Source: an uncultured delta proteobacterium (lineage in GTDB: Bacteria > Desulfobacterota > Binatia > Bin18). From it: 64,000 bases of DNA. The stretch lies in NCBI GenBank assembly GCA_963733195.1, contig CAVTCR010000074.1, positions 1-64,000 on the forward strand. Reading direction: 5' to 3'. Position numbers and translations under genes: made by a program. Of this stretch, positions 35,317 through 46,472 are shown piece after piece (position 1 is the stretch's first letter; each line of letters begins with the position of its first letter). The notes under the pieces are model-generated. The model was given only the letters and a program-made list of their open reading frames with translations, had not been told where the DNA came from and ran no database searches.

Positions 35317-35615
35317 AGAACCTCCTCACTCATCTCTAGATCGCGGATTAATACCATGATTTGCCGTGGTACACAGCGGCCTAAATCGAACTACAGCACC
35401 TTGGGGCAGTTCTTCACTCGTTGCCGTATCCCCTTCCCCACTCACTCTGAGCCCTTCGCTTCCGCTCATTCTGAGTGTAGGCGCATAGCGCCGAAGTCGA
35501 AGAACGCTCAGGATAAACTACGCCGCGTTAGCGGCGAAGTCGGAGAGCACGACTCTAGCAGGTTTACGAGCCTTCGACTTCGCTTATGACGGCATGGCGT
35601 AGTCCAGCGTTTCGA

Positions 35616-36829
35616 CTATTCCAATACACCCGCAGCCACAAGCTCGGTAATCTGTTCTTCGCTGTAGCCGAGGAGCGTTTCCAGCACGTATTGGTTATCG
35701 CGGCCGATAGTTGCAGCGCTCCCGGTAATCTGCGCCGGAGTACGCGACAGGCGGAAGCGTGAGCCTTCCACCGTCGTTGTTTCGTACTTGGGGTGCGTAA
35801 GCTGAACAAAATGCCCCCGATGTTGCAGTTGTGGGTCGCTGTACATCTCCCCCATCGATCGCACAGCTGTCGCTGGAACACCGCGCGCCTGCAACTCTTG
35901 CTCTAGCTGGAACGGATCTTTCTCCTTCGTCCACGCGCTCAGTAGCTCGTCCAGTTCGTCCTGACGTGTCAACCGTGCAGCGAGCGTTGCAAAGTGCGGA
36001 GCAGTAACGAGATCGAACCGATCCATGACTCTACACAAGCTGTTCCATTGGTCGTCGTTCGTCACAGCAATCGCAATCCAGTGATCGACTCCAGTCGTCG
36101 GATACACGCCATGAGGAGCGTAGTTGACGTCACGGTTACCCATGCGTTGTTGCACTCGCCCATTAACAGCCGTGTCCAGTAGCGCTGACCCGAGGAAGTG
36201 CAGCGAGGCTTCTGCCTGCGAGAGATCGATATGCTGCCCCTGACCAGTACGATCGCGGTATTCTAGTGCTGCTAAAATCGCCGCCGCGTTAAACCACGGC
36301 GCAATATAATCGGTATACGCTCCAAATGGCCCTGCCGGTGGACGGTCCGGCCAACCAGCAATATTTGTAAACCCAGCAATTGCTGCAGCCAAATTTCCAA
36401 AGCCCGCATACTGTGCCATCGGCCCGGTCTGGCCCATGAGACAGGTGCTGAGCATGATGATGTTCGGTTTGATCTGGCGCAGCGATTCGTAGTCGAATCC
36501 CCACGCCCGCATCGCCTTCGGTGAAAACGACTCGGTCACAACATCCGCCCAGCGCACCAAGTCGAGGACTACGGAACGCGCTTCTGCCTTCGAGAGGTCA
36601 AGCGTCAGCATCCGCTTGCCGACGTTCATATTGAAAAACAGTCCGGAATTCTCAGCTCCCGGCTTGCCGTTAATGAACGGCCCAACCGTGCGGGTCGCAT
36701 CGAAGCGGTGCGCTGATTCAACACGAACAACCGTAGCCCCATAATCGGCTAACATCCGAGTTGACCCCGGTCCGGCAATAGCCCACATGAAGTCAAGAAC
36801 TTTTATGTCGGAGAGTGGTTGGGTTGCAT
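35616..36829 (-). CDS. CaiB/BaiF family III CoA-transferase
   Basis: KVLDFMWAIAGP, GKRMLTLDL, GQHIDLSQAE. Confidence 0.92.
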
Positions 36830-36889
36830 AAGCCTCACAGTCTGTATCGATTATGCTTACTCGTCAGTCAACCTGAACGTGAAGGCCTT

Positions 36890-36976
36890 GTCATTCTGAG
36901 ACGTAGCACAGCGGAGGCGAAGAATCTCTCCCATCCCCTCCACCGGATTCTTCGTCGCTACACTCCTCAGAATGAC
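36890..36976. repeat. GTCA-type REP/MITE hairpin (family members also at ~35443, 38310, 38887, 48753)
   Basis: GTCATTCTGAG...GAAGAATCT / GGATTCTTCG...CTCAGAATGAC. Confidence 0.75.
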
Positions 36977-37024
36977 ATCCCCCGAATTCACATGATTGAT
37001 TACAGCTCAAATGACTCCGTGCGT

Positions 37025-38245
37025 TCATTGAGCAAGTTGCTGCTCCGTCAATCCGAGTTCATCGCGATAGATTTCCCCATTATGCTCACCGACTGTTGGT
37101 GGTCGCCGACGATAGCGTAACGGGCTCGCACTGAACTTAGCGAAAGGACCAGGATAACGAACGGCCTGGCCTAACTCTGGGTGTTCGAGCGCTTGCCAAT
37201 ATCCACGTGAGGTGAGTTGTTCACTCCCTAGGACTTCCTCAGTCGTCTGAACTGGCGCAATTAACAACGCTCGTTTAAGCGCCTCTTGTAATAGTTCTGC
37301 CTTGGTCTTGCTGGCACTGAATCGCTCAACAATGCCGACGAGGCGCTCGTACTCTTTGAGTACCTCTGGATCACCAAGAAAAATGCTGCCAAACACCACC
37401 CAGTCTTTGTCACGTGTGGCGGCATCACAAAACCCCTCTTCACACACCCACTGCATCAATCTTTTGGTGAAATGGGCAAACGCCGAACCAAAGAGAAAAC
37501 CAATTGAGACATATCCATCTTTGGCTGGCCATACGAGGCGAACATTGACTGGCCCCATTTTCACCCCACCTGCTAGCCGTTGGAAATCGCGTTCGCCGAG
37601 CGGTGCAGCTAGCAAACTCGACTGCGTTGCTTGGGCAACCGCTTGCTGCGCTGAAACATCGACATGTTGTCCGCGTCTGGAACGTTGCCGCTCGTGGTGT
37701 GCGATCAAAGCCGCAGCCGCAGCTTGTCCACTCGCATGGAGATACCCTTGCGGAACACTCACTCGTACCGGTGCCCGATCTTCGTCTCCCGTCAGGACTA
37801 ACGCCCCCCCGGCAGCCAGAATAACCAGATCACTGTCGACGTATCCGACTTTCGGTCCATCTTGACCAAACGGCGTAATCGACACGTACACCAGCGCCGG
37901 GTTGATTCTCGCAAGATCCTCATACCCACATCCACACTGAGCGAGCACTCCAGGATTGTCAGATTCAATAACAAAGTGTGCCGTCGTTGCAAGCCGATGC
38001 AAGAGGGCGCGCCCGTCGTCATGGTCAAGATTGAGCGTGATGCTTCGCTTGTTGCGATTATTGGCCCACCAATACAACGACCGATCCGGGTGTGGCTCAT
38101 CGTGATAAAATGGAGCCAACCACCGCGCCGGAGAGCCTCCGGGTGGTTCAATTTTGATGACGTCAGCCCCGAGGTCGCCGAGAATTTGACCGCAGAGCAG
38201 GCCACGTTCTGTGGTAAGGTCGAGGACTCGATACGGACTGAGCAT
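37025..38245 (-). CDS. CaiB/BaiF family III CoA-transferase
   Basis: RVLDLT, LGADVIKIEPPGG, NRNKRSITL. Confidence 0.92.
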   Translation of the reverse strand: MLSPYRVLDLTTERGLLCGQILGDLGADVIKIEPPGGSPARWLAPFYHDEPHPDRSLYWWANNRNKRSITLNLDHDDGRALLHRLATTAHFVIESDNPGVLAQCGCGYEDLARINPALVYVSITPFGQDGPKVGYVDSDLVILAAGGALVLTGDEDRAPVRVSVPQGYLHASGQAAAAALIAHHERQRSRRGQHVDVSAQQAVAQATQSSLLAAPLGERDFQRLAGGVKMGPVNVRLVWPAKDGYVSIGFLFGSAFAHFTKRLMQWVCEEGFCDAATRDKDWVVFGSIFLGDPEVLKEYERLVGIVERFSASKTKAELLQEALKRALLIAPVQTTEEVLGSEQLTSRGYWQALEHPELGQAVRYPGPFAKFSASPLRYRRRPPTVGEHNGEIYRDELGLTEQQLAQ

Positions 38246-38449
38246 ACGCTACCTCTCTACACGAGCAATGAAGACCGGCAATTTGATTTTGCAGGTCAGG
38301 CAGGGATGGCGTCATTCCCGCGAAAGCGGGAATCCAGGAGGCATGATTATAGACCAGTGTCAATTCTCCTGGATGCCAGCCTTCGCTGGCATGACGAGAC
38401 CGCCCCCATCAAATCAAGGCGATGAGGTACTCAGTTATCCCATCCCTTC

Positions 38450-38761
38450 CTACTTAAGAGGCGAGAAGCTAGCCGGAGTAAGAATCTTGTTATACTGACT
38501 GACAATCATGCTTTGGGCTTTTGGTCGGAAGGCTTGCAGTTGCGGATCAGCGCCTTGTGCTTCACGAGCACGGGTTCGATGTGCAAGGTCTTCATAGGCC
38601 CAAATGTGCACGACCTCATTCAGCGGGCCCACTTCTGTAGACCACCACCCCACGAGCTTGGAGTATTTGCTAATAACCGGTAGTGCTTCTTTTTCGATCA
38701 GCGCTTGAAACTCCGGCACCTTCCCCGGCTGTAACGTGTACACTCGCATCTCATACACCAT
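38450..38761 (-). CDS. NIPSNAP family protein
   Basis: YEMRVYTLQPGK, VVHIWAYEDL, PASFSPLK. Confidence 0.9.
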   Translation of the reverse strand: MVYEMRVYTLQPGKVPEFQALIEKEALPVISKYSKLVGWWSTEVGPLNEVVHIWAYEDLAHRTRAREAQGADPQLQAFRPKAQSMIVSQYNKILTPASFSPLK

Positions 38762-39036
38762 AGTACGTCCCTCCTTTAGATACTGTCTGCCGTTTTTAGG
38801 CGCACTTCCGACTCAGTGTCAATGCTACGATTGAAAGCATGGAGTATCGTCAAGCTATGAGCGAGTCTGCAAACCAGAAGTCCTCTGTCATTGCGAGGAG
38901 CCCCTTCGGCTGTGTTCAGGATAAACTCCGGCGACGTAGCAATCTCTTTTTCAGGCAAAGATTGCTTCGCGTAGCCTGTCCTGAGCTTTGTCGAAGGGCT
39001 CGCAATGACTTGGCTTTGCGAGTTTATAGACGTCCT

Positions 39037-40242
39037 CTATTGCGTCTCCTGCATACGTGGCCCGGTCTCTTTGATGAACAAAAACAGAAGTGCCGACAAG
39101 GCATAACACACTCCGCCGAACGCGAATCCGGCTACCGGAGTCATTTCTGCCAACCACGTACAAATCAGTGGCCCAACAAAGCCGCCGAGGTATCCGGCAG
39201 TGACAGCAACACCCAGTGCTGATCCCGCCAGCGCTGGGCCGACGCCCGCCATTTCTAGCGGGATCACAAACGCGATCGGTGCTGCTCCCGCGGCAAATCC
39301 CCACACTGCCGCCGCAATCCATAATGGAACCCCAACGAGAAATGCCCCGGAAATAATCAACACTCCTGTGGCAAACATACACGGCACATAGAATGTCTTC
39401 CGTAAACCAACACGATCTGACATCGTTGGCAACACAAACGCGCCAGCAACAAAGACCCACATAACAATGGAAAGTACAACGCCCGCGGCAGGAGCACTCA
39501 TCCCTTGCACCGAGACGAAATACGTTGGCGCATAGCCAATCAGCGCAATGTATCCGCCCAAGAATAAGAAGTAACAACCAGCGACTATCCATACATCCCG
39601 TACTTGGAGAACCCGACGCAAGGAGGCGCTAATACTGAGTTGCTCAGTATTCTGCACTGTGGTCACGACTCGATCTTTCACCGTCACGAGCCACAATACT
39701 CCGAGCGCTACTGTCGCAACACCCAACACATAGGTGAGCGGACGCCACCCTCCAAAGCTACCAACGACAAGCGGAGTCAGCACGGTTGCGAGTCCGGCAC
39801 CCACGCCATAGCCGGCCTGCGTTACGCCATTCGCGAGACCAAATTCCTCTGGTGGAAACCACATACCCAATGCTTTGGGAACATTAGAGAACGTCACAGC
39901 GAGTGCAAGACCGAAAAGTAGCATCCACACGTACAATGAACCGAAGCTTGTCGCCGTGCCACGAAGAAGCAGGAACACTCCCATGAAGATTGTGCCAAGA
40001 CCGACAGAGAGGCGAATTCCGAATCGATCTCCTAATACCCCACCAATAATTGCGAACAGCACCGTGCCCAGCGAAATCGCCGACCACAACGTTCCCCAGT
40101 CGGACATCTCAAGCCCGAGTTCTTGCAAGACCGGAGACACGAGCATTACGATGTATGTCCAGCCCATGCCGAAGGCGGTCACAAAGATTAAAAATGCATT
40201 GGTTAACACCCACCAGCGATAGGCGACTTGCTCATTCCCCAC
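39037..40242 (-). CDS. MFS transporter
   Basis: About 12 TM segments; GVLGDRFGIR motif A; GTG start with RBS. Confidence 0.88.
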   Translation of the reverse strand: MGNEQVAYRWWVLTNAFLIFVTAFGMGWTYIVMLVSPVLQELGLEMSDWGTLWSAISLGTVLFAIIGGVLGDRFGIRLSVGLGTIFMGVFLLLRGTATSFGSLYVWMLLFGLALAVTFSNVPKALGMWFPPEEFGLANGVTQAGYGVGAGLATVLTPLVVGSFGGWRPLTYVLGVATVALGVLWLVTVKDRVVTTVQNTEQLSISASLRRVLQVRDVWIVAGCYFLFLGGYIALIGYAPTYFVSVQGMSAPAAGVVLSIVMWVFVAGAFVLPTMSDRVGLRKTFYVPCMFATGVLIISGAFLVGVPLWIAAAVWGFAAGAAPIAFVIPLEMAGVGPALAGSALGVAVTAGYLGGFVGPLICTWLAEMTPVAGFAFGGVCYALSALLFLFIKETGPRMQETQ

Positions 40243-40330
40243 ACGCTCCCCCTTTACGGCAGATTGAGTTCTCTCTCTATGACCTTTTCCGCAGCAAAGG
40301 CAAGGGAGTAGAGCAAAAGAGATCGGCAAT

Positions 40331-40921
40331 CTATCGTTTGCGTCCGACGTAGTACGTGTAATCTTCAGGCGTATCGATATCAGCGAGGATACCGGGATCA
40401 TCGAGCGGAATCTCGCGCACTCGAGAGGGATCTTTACGCACGATGACTTTCGCTCCTTGGTCAAGCGGCGCGGCGAGAATCTCGCCATAGATCTGGCTAG
40501 AGAATAACACCGGGTGACCTCTCTTGCCTTGATATGAGGCAATGAGGATCGGCAACGGTGCGGCTCGAAACGAGGAGATAAGGGTCTGAATTGTCTCAGT
40601 CTCGATCATCGGGTGGTCAACGAGGTTAACAATTGCCGCTTCACTCTCGGGCGAGAGCGTTCCGATACCAACCATGAGTGAGGAGAGTTGGCCGAGAGTA
40701 TAACGTGCATTGACGACAGTTCGGAGTTTCGGATGTGTCGGTAAAGCTTGTCGTAGTTCATCGGCACGGGCCCCTAGAACAACAATCAGTTCATCCACAC
40801 CTGCAGTGACAAAGGCGTTGCAGATGCGCGCGATGAAAGTCTGCCCTTGGTAATGGAGCAGCGCCTTGGCTGATCCCATGCGGCGGGACTCACCGGCAGC
40901 GAGGAGAATGGCGGAGATCAT
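40331..40921 (-). CDS. Molybdenum cofactor cytidylyltransferase-like nucleotidyltransferase (MocA family)
   Basis: ILLAAGESRRMG, GKRGHPVLF, DIDTPEDY; adjacent to xdhC-like gene. Confidence 0.88.
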   Translation of the reverse strand: MISAILLAAGESRRMGSAKALLHYQGQTFIARICNAFVTAGVDELIVVLGARADELRQALPTHPKLRTVVNARYTLGQLSSLMVGIGTLSPESEAAIVNLVDHPMIETETIQTLISSFRAAPLPILIASYQGKRGHPVLFSSQIYGEILAAPLDQGAKVIVRKDPSRVREIPLDDPGILADIDTPEDYTYYVGRKR

Positions 40922-41048
40922 AGTACGTATTTGTGGATTGGCGATTGCGGATTGGTGATTGAAGGCACCCTCACCCTAGCCTCCTCCGACTACGCGAAGG
41001 ACAAGCTCTCCCATCGAGGGAGAGGGAACAGAAAAACAAGAACCAACA

Positions 41049-42200
41049 TCATCCGTTAAACTTCAACGGTCCACTAGGTCGCGCTTTGGCCGCAATCGAG
41101 ATGGTATCAACAGGTCCATTGCGACGAACACGGACAATTTCCGCTGCAATCGCGACCGCAATCTCTGCTGGGGTCTCAGCAGCAATATCCAATCCCATTG
41201 GCGTGTGCACGCGACTGAGTTCTTCCGGACTGTAGCCTTGTTCGACTAAGCGTTCGAGTGTTGCTTTCGCTCGACGTTTGCTGCCGATCATACCGAGGTA
41301 TGCAGGCTTCCGTCTCAGCACTGCTTTCACTGAGGCTTCGTCCCACACATGGCCGCGGGTCACAACCACAACAAAGCTGTGTTCGTTGATTTCCAGACTA
41401 TTGAGCGTTTCAACGAACGCTCCAACTCGAACGTCGGTGGCACGTGGGAAGCGCTCACGATTGGCGAACGCATGACGGTCATCGATGACAATCGTGCGAA
41501 AACCTAACATCTGCCCCATTTCACATAGCGGTTGGGCAATATGCCCAGCACCAACAATCACAAGTGTTTGTTGCCCTGGTTGAACATCGACAAACACGCG
41601 TGGCCAGTCTTGTCCACGAGCAACCGCATCCTCGACCACCTCGCCTTGTGGAGAGACAGAGAACAATTGTGGAATACCGGCAGTAATGGAGCTACTGAAC
41701 GTCTGAACAGTCATGGGATCAAGATGAACACTCGGAGTGAGTTTCGTCCCTTCCGCTCCTAGCGAGAGACAGCTTTTTGCTCCAGCAGGCAAATCCGTCA
41801 CTGCGTTGATTGCCGTCACCAAGGCCGTCGGACGACGCGCTCGGGTGGCTTCAGCAAGTGCATGTACTAACTCACGGTCCTCTTCAGGCCGCCATAGATC
41901 AAGGGCAACATCCATCAACCCACCACAGACCTGAATTTCGTCTTGGTCGAAGTCGCCAGTGAGGTCGACTTCAACAACACGTGGTGGTTGATTCTCCTCA
42001 AATAGCGGATACGCGCGGCGTAATACCTCGCCTTCGCCGCAGCCACCGCCAATGGTTCCGAACGGTTGGCCTTCGCGCGGCACAACCATTTTCGCTCCTA
42101 CTTCGCGCGGGACTGAGCCACGGGTGCGAATAATCGTGGCTAAAACAAAAGGCTTTCCAGCCGTCAGTAATTCTTCAGCACGATCCCAGAGATTGTCCAT
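41049..42200 (-). CDS. XdhC/CoxI family molybdoenzyme accessory protein
   Basis: GSVPREVGAKM, GTIGGGCGE, CGG, GAGHIA, GMIGSKRR, AETPAEIA. Confidence 0.92.
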   Translation of the reverse strand: MDNLWDRAEELLTAGKPFVLATIIRTRGSVPREVGAKMVVPREGQPFGTIGGGCGEGEVLRRAYPLFEENQPPRVVEVDLTGDFDQDEIQVCGGLMDVALDLWRPEEDRELVHALAEATRARRPTALVTAINAVTDLPAGAKSCLSLGAEGTKLTPSVHLDPMTVQTFSSSITAGIPQLFSVSPQGEVVEDAVARGQDWPRVFVDVQPGQQTLVIVGAGHIAQPLCEMGQMLGFRTIVIDDRHAFANRERFPRATDVRVGAFVETLNSLEINEHSFVVVVTRGHVWDEASVKAVLRRKPAYLGMIGSKRRAKATLERLVEQGYSPEELSRVHTPMGLDIAAETPAEIAVAIAAEIVRVRRNGPVDTISIAAKARPSGPLKFNG

Positions 42201-42276
42201 AACGTTTCGATCCTATTGAACCCAAACTATGACATCAACAAATTCTTCCTGAAAGACGACCCACATGCAATGCGCG

Positions 42277-43939
42277 TCATTCTTGGATTAACAGCCCTTC
42301 GATAAACCGCAACTCAATCGTCGTTGCGTCAACTGCGAGTGCTTCGCGCAGCTTTTCCTGCGCATACTCAGCTAAGACCTGCAAAGCTTGCGATTCCCGT
42401 TCTGAGAGCTGGCATTGTTGCGTAGCAAGGGCAAGGAATATGGATCTTTGCACTTCACTCTGTTTTCCACGCAGTTTTTTCTGGAGTATGCCGAGGTCTT
42501 TCCGTCGCAAAGGCTGCACGTCAATCTTCTGCGCCACGACCCACCGGGCAAACGCGGTATTCCATAAAACTGCCAGTGTCACCTTCTCTGGAACGGGTCC
42601 CTCCGGTAACAACTCCCAACGACGGAGGATCGCAAACCATATGGGAATCCGTTCAAGCAGAGCTTCCACGTGCTCGACATCGCTCACGGTACGGAATTGT
42701 CGGAACAGAATCTCTCCCGGAACTTTCCAGTCCACGGAAAGAATAGTGGGAGTCGGCGTTGGACACCGGCACTCGCCTCTCGAAATGGTGAATCGACAAG
42801 CGCAGCCCAGTATTCTCCGACTCTGCTCTGGAGATCGCCCGCCAACTGTCGCGCCTGCTGTCCAAGTCGGAGCGTTACACTTCGACCAATCTGGAAGAAG
42901 GGTCGTAGCATTGTTTCATGTAACAGCTGCACCGCTTTCCCCTCGTCTCCCTTGGCGACGTACTCTAACCCAATATTGAGGCAGTCATGAACAAGAGTCA
43001 CACATCGTCGCACTTCATGCACTTCGCCGGGGTCACCTCCCTCGGCAATCACAACTTGATTAGTCAGCATTGCAAGATCGTGACTAAGTGCTTCAACGAT
43101 GTCCGGCGGTACGTTGCGTAGTGCGCGGAGGAAGAACGAATCCGCAACATCAAGCAACACCAACGCGTGGTCCGACGGAACCAGGGCTTCCCCTTCTGCG
43201 AAACGTAACTGCCGCGTACTAATACGAGGGAACCGCTCAAGACGAACGGATTCAGGCGTAACAATGCGAAACAGTTCTGTGCCTCTTCATAGTCAGGATA
43301 GGAGCGGTCGGCCAGGCGAGCCGTACGCCAACGAAACGCCCCTTCTTCAAGGCTACTTTCCAGCTCCATGAGGCAGTTTTCCAAGATATAGGTGTACATG
43401 CGATAATCGAGCACCCGTATCCGTTCTAGCAAGAGGTGGAGAATTGGCTCTTCATCTCCAACAAAGCGCAACAGATACTGATCATCAAAAGTAAAGTAGA
43501 GACTCTGGTTAAAATCCGGGTCTTCTTCGATGTCGGCCTTGCGAACGATCTCGAAGTGGTGTTTGACGAGAAGCACAAGCAATTCGACATCTGCTCGCAA
43601 CGCCCACTGCGCTAGTTTCCCGCTGCCGGATTCATCGAGCAGCATAAGCCACGTGAGCGCCCGTCGATCGTCTAGATGATCTTTGCGCCAGCAATCGAGG
43701 TCCATCATGTCCCGAACTTGATCAGGAGACGCGAGCGCCAACAGCCCCACAGCATCCACCAAACCAATCTCTTTGACCGTATAGAAGAGCGTCTCGGGGG
43801 AAAGCGACTGCACGAGATCAAGGCTATACCGAGAGGACAAGATCAGATCTTGCCGCGTCTTGGCATCAACCTGACTGAGTCGAGTGACTTGGTCGTGTAG
43901 GGAGAGTGAGGAAAAGACTTCTTTGCTTGGTAGCTGCAT
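42277..43939 (-). CDS. Conserved hypothetical protein, DUF6178-like (frameshifted)
   Basis: KEIGLVDA...DLDCWRKD, TFDDQY, LNIGLE; three overlapping ORFs. Confidence 0.65.
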
Positions 43940-44040
43940 AGCATCCTACAGGACACGTACCACATAGCACGCAACACGCCGCATGTAACACGTAGTACGT
44001 GATGCGTAATACTGTGAGAGGAAGAAGACGCATGAGATCT

Positions 44041-44937
44041 TTACGCTTTACGCTTTAGATTGTCGTCCTTCTTCTCACTGTAATGATCAATAAACGACAA
44101 CGCCTGGTCCCAACCTAAAAGGCCGTTGAAAACTTCGTTAAACGGCAGCATCTCGTGCCAATTTCCTTGAGTTGTACCGGTTTCACGTAAGACTTTGAGT
44201 ACTTTCTTTATCTGAAAGGTCGCGGCCAATATCGACGTAACCGGATAGATGACAACACGAAATCCCAATTCAAGCAAATCCTGCGCTGGCAGGAAGGGCG
44301 TTTTTCCGCCTTCAACCATATTCACAACGAGTGGCGTCTTAGAAAAGCGTTGGCAGATCTTTTCCATCTGCTTGACTGTTTCAAATGCTTCGAAGAAAAG
44401 CATATCAGCTCCGGCCTCACGATACGCTTCAGCACGTGCAATCGCATCATCAACTCCATCCACTGCAATCGCATCAATGCGCGCAATGATAACAGTATCC
44501 GCTTGGGTTCGATTCTCCACCGCAGCACGAATCTTCGCGGCATGCTCCTTCGCGGAAACAAGGACTTTGCCGCCAAGGTGCCCACAGCGACGCGGAGAAT
44601 CTTGATCTTCAATATGCAATCCCGCGACCCCGCTCCGTTCGTATTCTTGAACCATGTGGACGACATTCAATACTGACCCAAAGCCAGCTTCGGCATCAGC
44701 AATCACTGGCACGCTGACCGCACGGCAAACTCCTTTGAGTTGTATCACCATCTCAGTCAGGCTCCGCAAGCCAAAATCAGGATAGCCCAGCACTCCAGCC
44801 GATACCCCGCCGGAGTAATACACGAGGGGAAAACCGGCCTCTTCCACCAAGCGAGCTGAGATTACATCATACGCACCGGCCGCCATCAGCAAACGGTCTT
44901 CGGATAACATCGTCCGTAACGATTGTGCCTGCGTCAT
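44041..44937 (-). CDS. Isocitrate lyase/PEP mutase family (methylisocitrate lyase-like)
   Basis: ADAEAGFG, HIEDQ..RRCGHLGGK, IIARIDA. Confidence 0.92.
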   Translation of the reverse strand: MTQAQSLRTMLSEDRLLMAAGAYDVISARLVEEAGFPLVYYSGGVSAGVLGYPDFGLRSLTEMVIQLKGVCRAVSVPVIADAEAGFGSVLNVVHMVQEYERSGVAGLHIEDQDSPRRCGHLGGKVLVSAKEHAAKIRAAVENRTQADTVIIARIDAIAVDGVDDAIARAEAYREAGADMLFFEAFETVKQMEKICQRFSKTPLVVNMVEGGKTPFLPAQDLLELGFRVVIYPVTSILAATFQIKKVLKVLRETGTTQGNWHEMLPFNEVFNGLLGWDQALSFIDHYSEKKDDNLKRKA

Positions 44938-45038
44938 ACAAATACCTGTTTCCTCCCCATCCTCCACATTCGATTGACAGATGAGAGAACTTCTGGGTTA
45001 GATGCGACAATTCGCATAGTGTTGCGCAGCTTAGCAAG

Positions 45039-46472
45039 GTGGAACTCATCGACACAACGCCCCCTCACCCCCTGAGCCCACGTCTGGTACTCCTTCTGGC
45101 CAGCTTCGGTGCCCTGCTTTCTTCACTCGATTCCTCAGTCAATATCGCCTTCCCTGCTATCACGGCAGCGTTCTCGCTCGATGTTCCGGTGATGCAATGG
45201 ATTGTCATTAGCTACGTGCTGACCTACGCCAGCCTTTTACTCGGCTGTGGACGGTTTGCTGATGTCTGGGGTCATCAGCGGGTGTTGGCCTGGGGACTGA
45301 TTCTCAGTGCGGTCGCGTTCTTGTGCTGTGGACTTGCTCAAACGTTTCCGCTGTTTTTGGCTGCGCGTGTCTTGCAAGGGGTCGGGGTTGCATTGGTTCT
45401 CGCTGCTGCTCCGGCCCTGGTCACGCTCACTGTTCCGCCGGACACACGAGGCCAAGCCCTAGGCATTTTTCAAATGAGTGCGGCGATAGGGTTTGCGTTG
45501 GGACCACTGCTCGGTGGCGTCCTTGTCGATGCCTTCGGTTGGCGTGCGGTGTATCTCTTCCGCGTCCTCCCTGCCGTACTGTTAGCCATTCTGTCATTTC
45601 GTCGCGCGGCACCCCTACTTGAGCGAAAGGACGGTCAATCTTTTGACGTGTTTGGTGCATTGACTCTAGCTGGTAGTGTCGCGGGCTTTCTCTTGGCACT
45701 CAGTCGAGGACAAGCGCTCGGCTGGTCCTCACCGTTTTTCATCACGTTGTTGATTGGCGCCAGCATGTGTTTCGTCACCTTTGTTGCTATTGAGACACGA
45801 ACGCCGGCTCCTGTCGTTCATCTCAGCTTGTTTCGCCAACCAGCGTTCACTATCGCTAACCTGCTAAATGTCCTGGCGAATTGTTCTATGTTTGCCATCT
45901 GGCTGCTCGTTCCCTATTACATCGTCAACACGCTTGGCTACTCTGCCAGGATTGGAGGTCTTATACTCACAGCGTGTCCTGCAGCGACGGCATTGACGGC
46001 TCCGTTCGCTGGGAAGTTGGCAGACCGGTTCGGCACCGCTCGTCTGAGTAGCATAGGCTTGGGACTTGAAGCGATAGGCTTGTGGAGCATTAGCCAGTTG
46101 AGTGGCGACTCTGGTGTTGTTCCTGTCCTCCTTACGCTTGCGCTCGTAGGGTTGGGTCTCGGCCTCTTTCAAGCGCCGAACATGAGTTTCGTTATGGGCT
46201 CGATTCCTCGCGAACAGCAGGGCGTCGCAGGGAGTATGAGCCAAATGATGCGGACACTCGGAGTTGTGCTAGGTGTGACTGGAGCAAGTATGCTCTTCGC
46301 CAGCCGTCGAGCTGTGCACGCGGAGCGACTCCACTTGCCAAAAATCGACGAGCCACTGAGCTTCATCCCTGCGTTTCAGGATGTTTTTCTGATTGCGACG
46401 ATGGTATGTTTCGTTGCGCTGGGTTTATCTCTTCTGCGAAGGAAAAAGCGAGAGTCAGTATCTAGTCATTGA
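45039..46472 (+). CDS. MFS transporter, DHA2-type (14 TM)
   Basis: LDSSVNIAFPAI, GRFADVWG, RVLQGVG, GPLLGG. Confidence 0.9.
   Translation: MELIDTTPPHPLSPRLVLLLASFGALLSSLDSSVNIAFPAITAAFSLDVPVMQWIVISYVLTYASLLLGCGRFADVWGHQRVLAWGLILSAVAFLCCGLAQTFPLFLAARVLQGVGVALVLAAAPALVTLTVPPDTRGQALGIFQMSAAIGFALGPLLGGVLVDAFGWRAVYLFRVLPAVLLAILSFRRAAPLLERKDGQSFDVFGALTLAGSVAGFLLALSRGQALGWSSPFFITLLIGASMCFVTFVAIETRTPAPVVHLSLFRQPAFTIANLLNVLANCSMFAIWLLVPYYIVNTLGYSARIGGLILTACPAATALTAPFAGKLADRFGTARLSSIGLGLEAIGLWSISQLSGDSGVVPVLLTLALVGLGLGLFQAPNMSFVMGSIPREQQGVAGSMSQMMRTLGVVLGVTGASMLFASRRAVHAERLHLPKIDEPLSFIPAFQDVFLIATMVCFVALGLSLLRRKKRESVSSH

Noticed and set aside
35616-38245. Two CoA-transferases as one gene split by a MITE
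   Set aside because: Each has its own N-terminal motif and a typical C-terminus, and the second has its own start, so this is a normal tandem pair.
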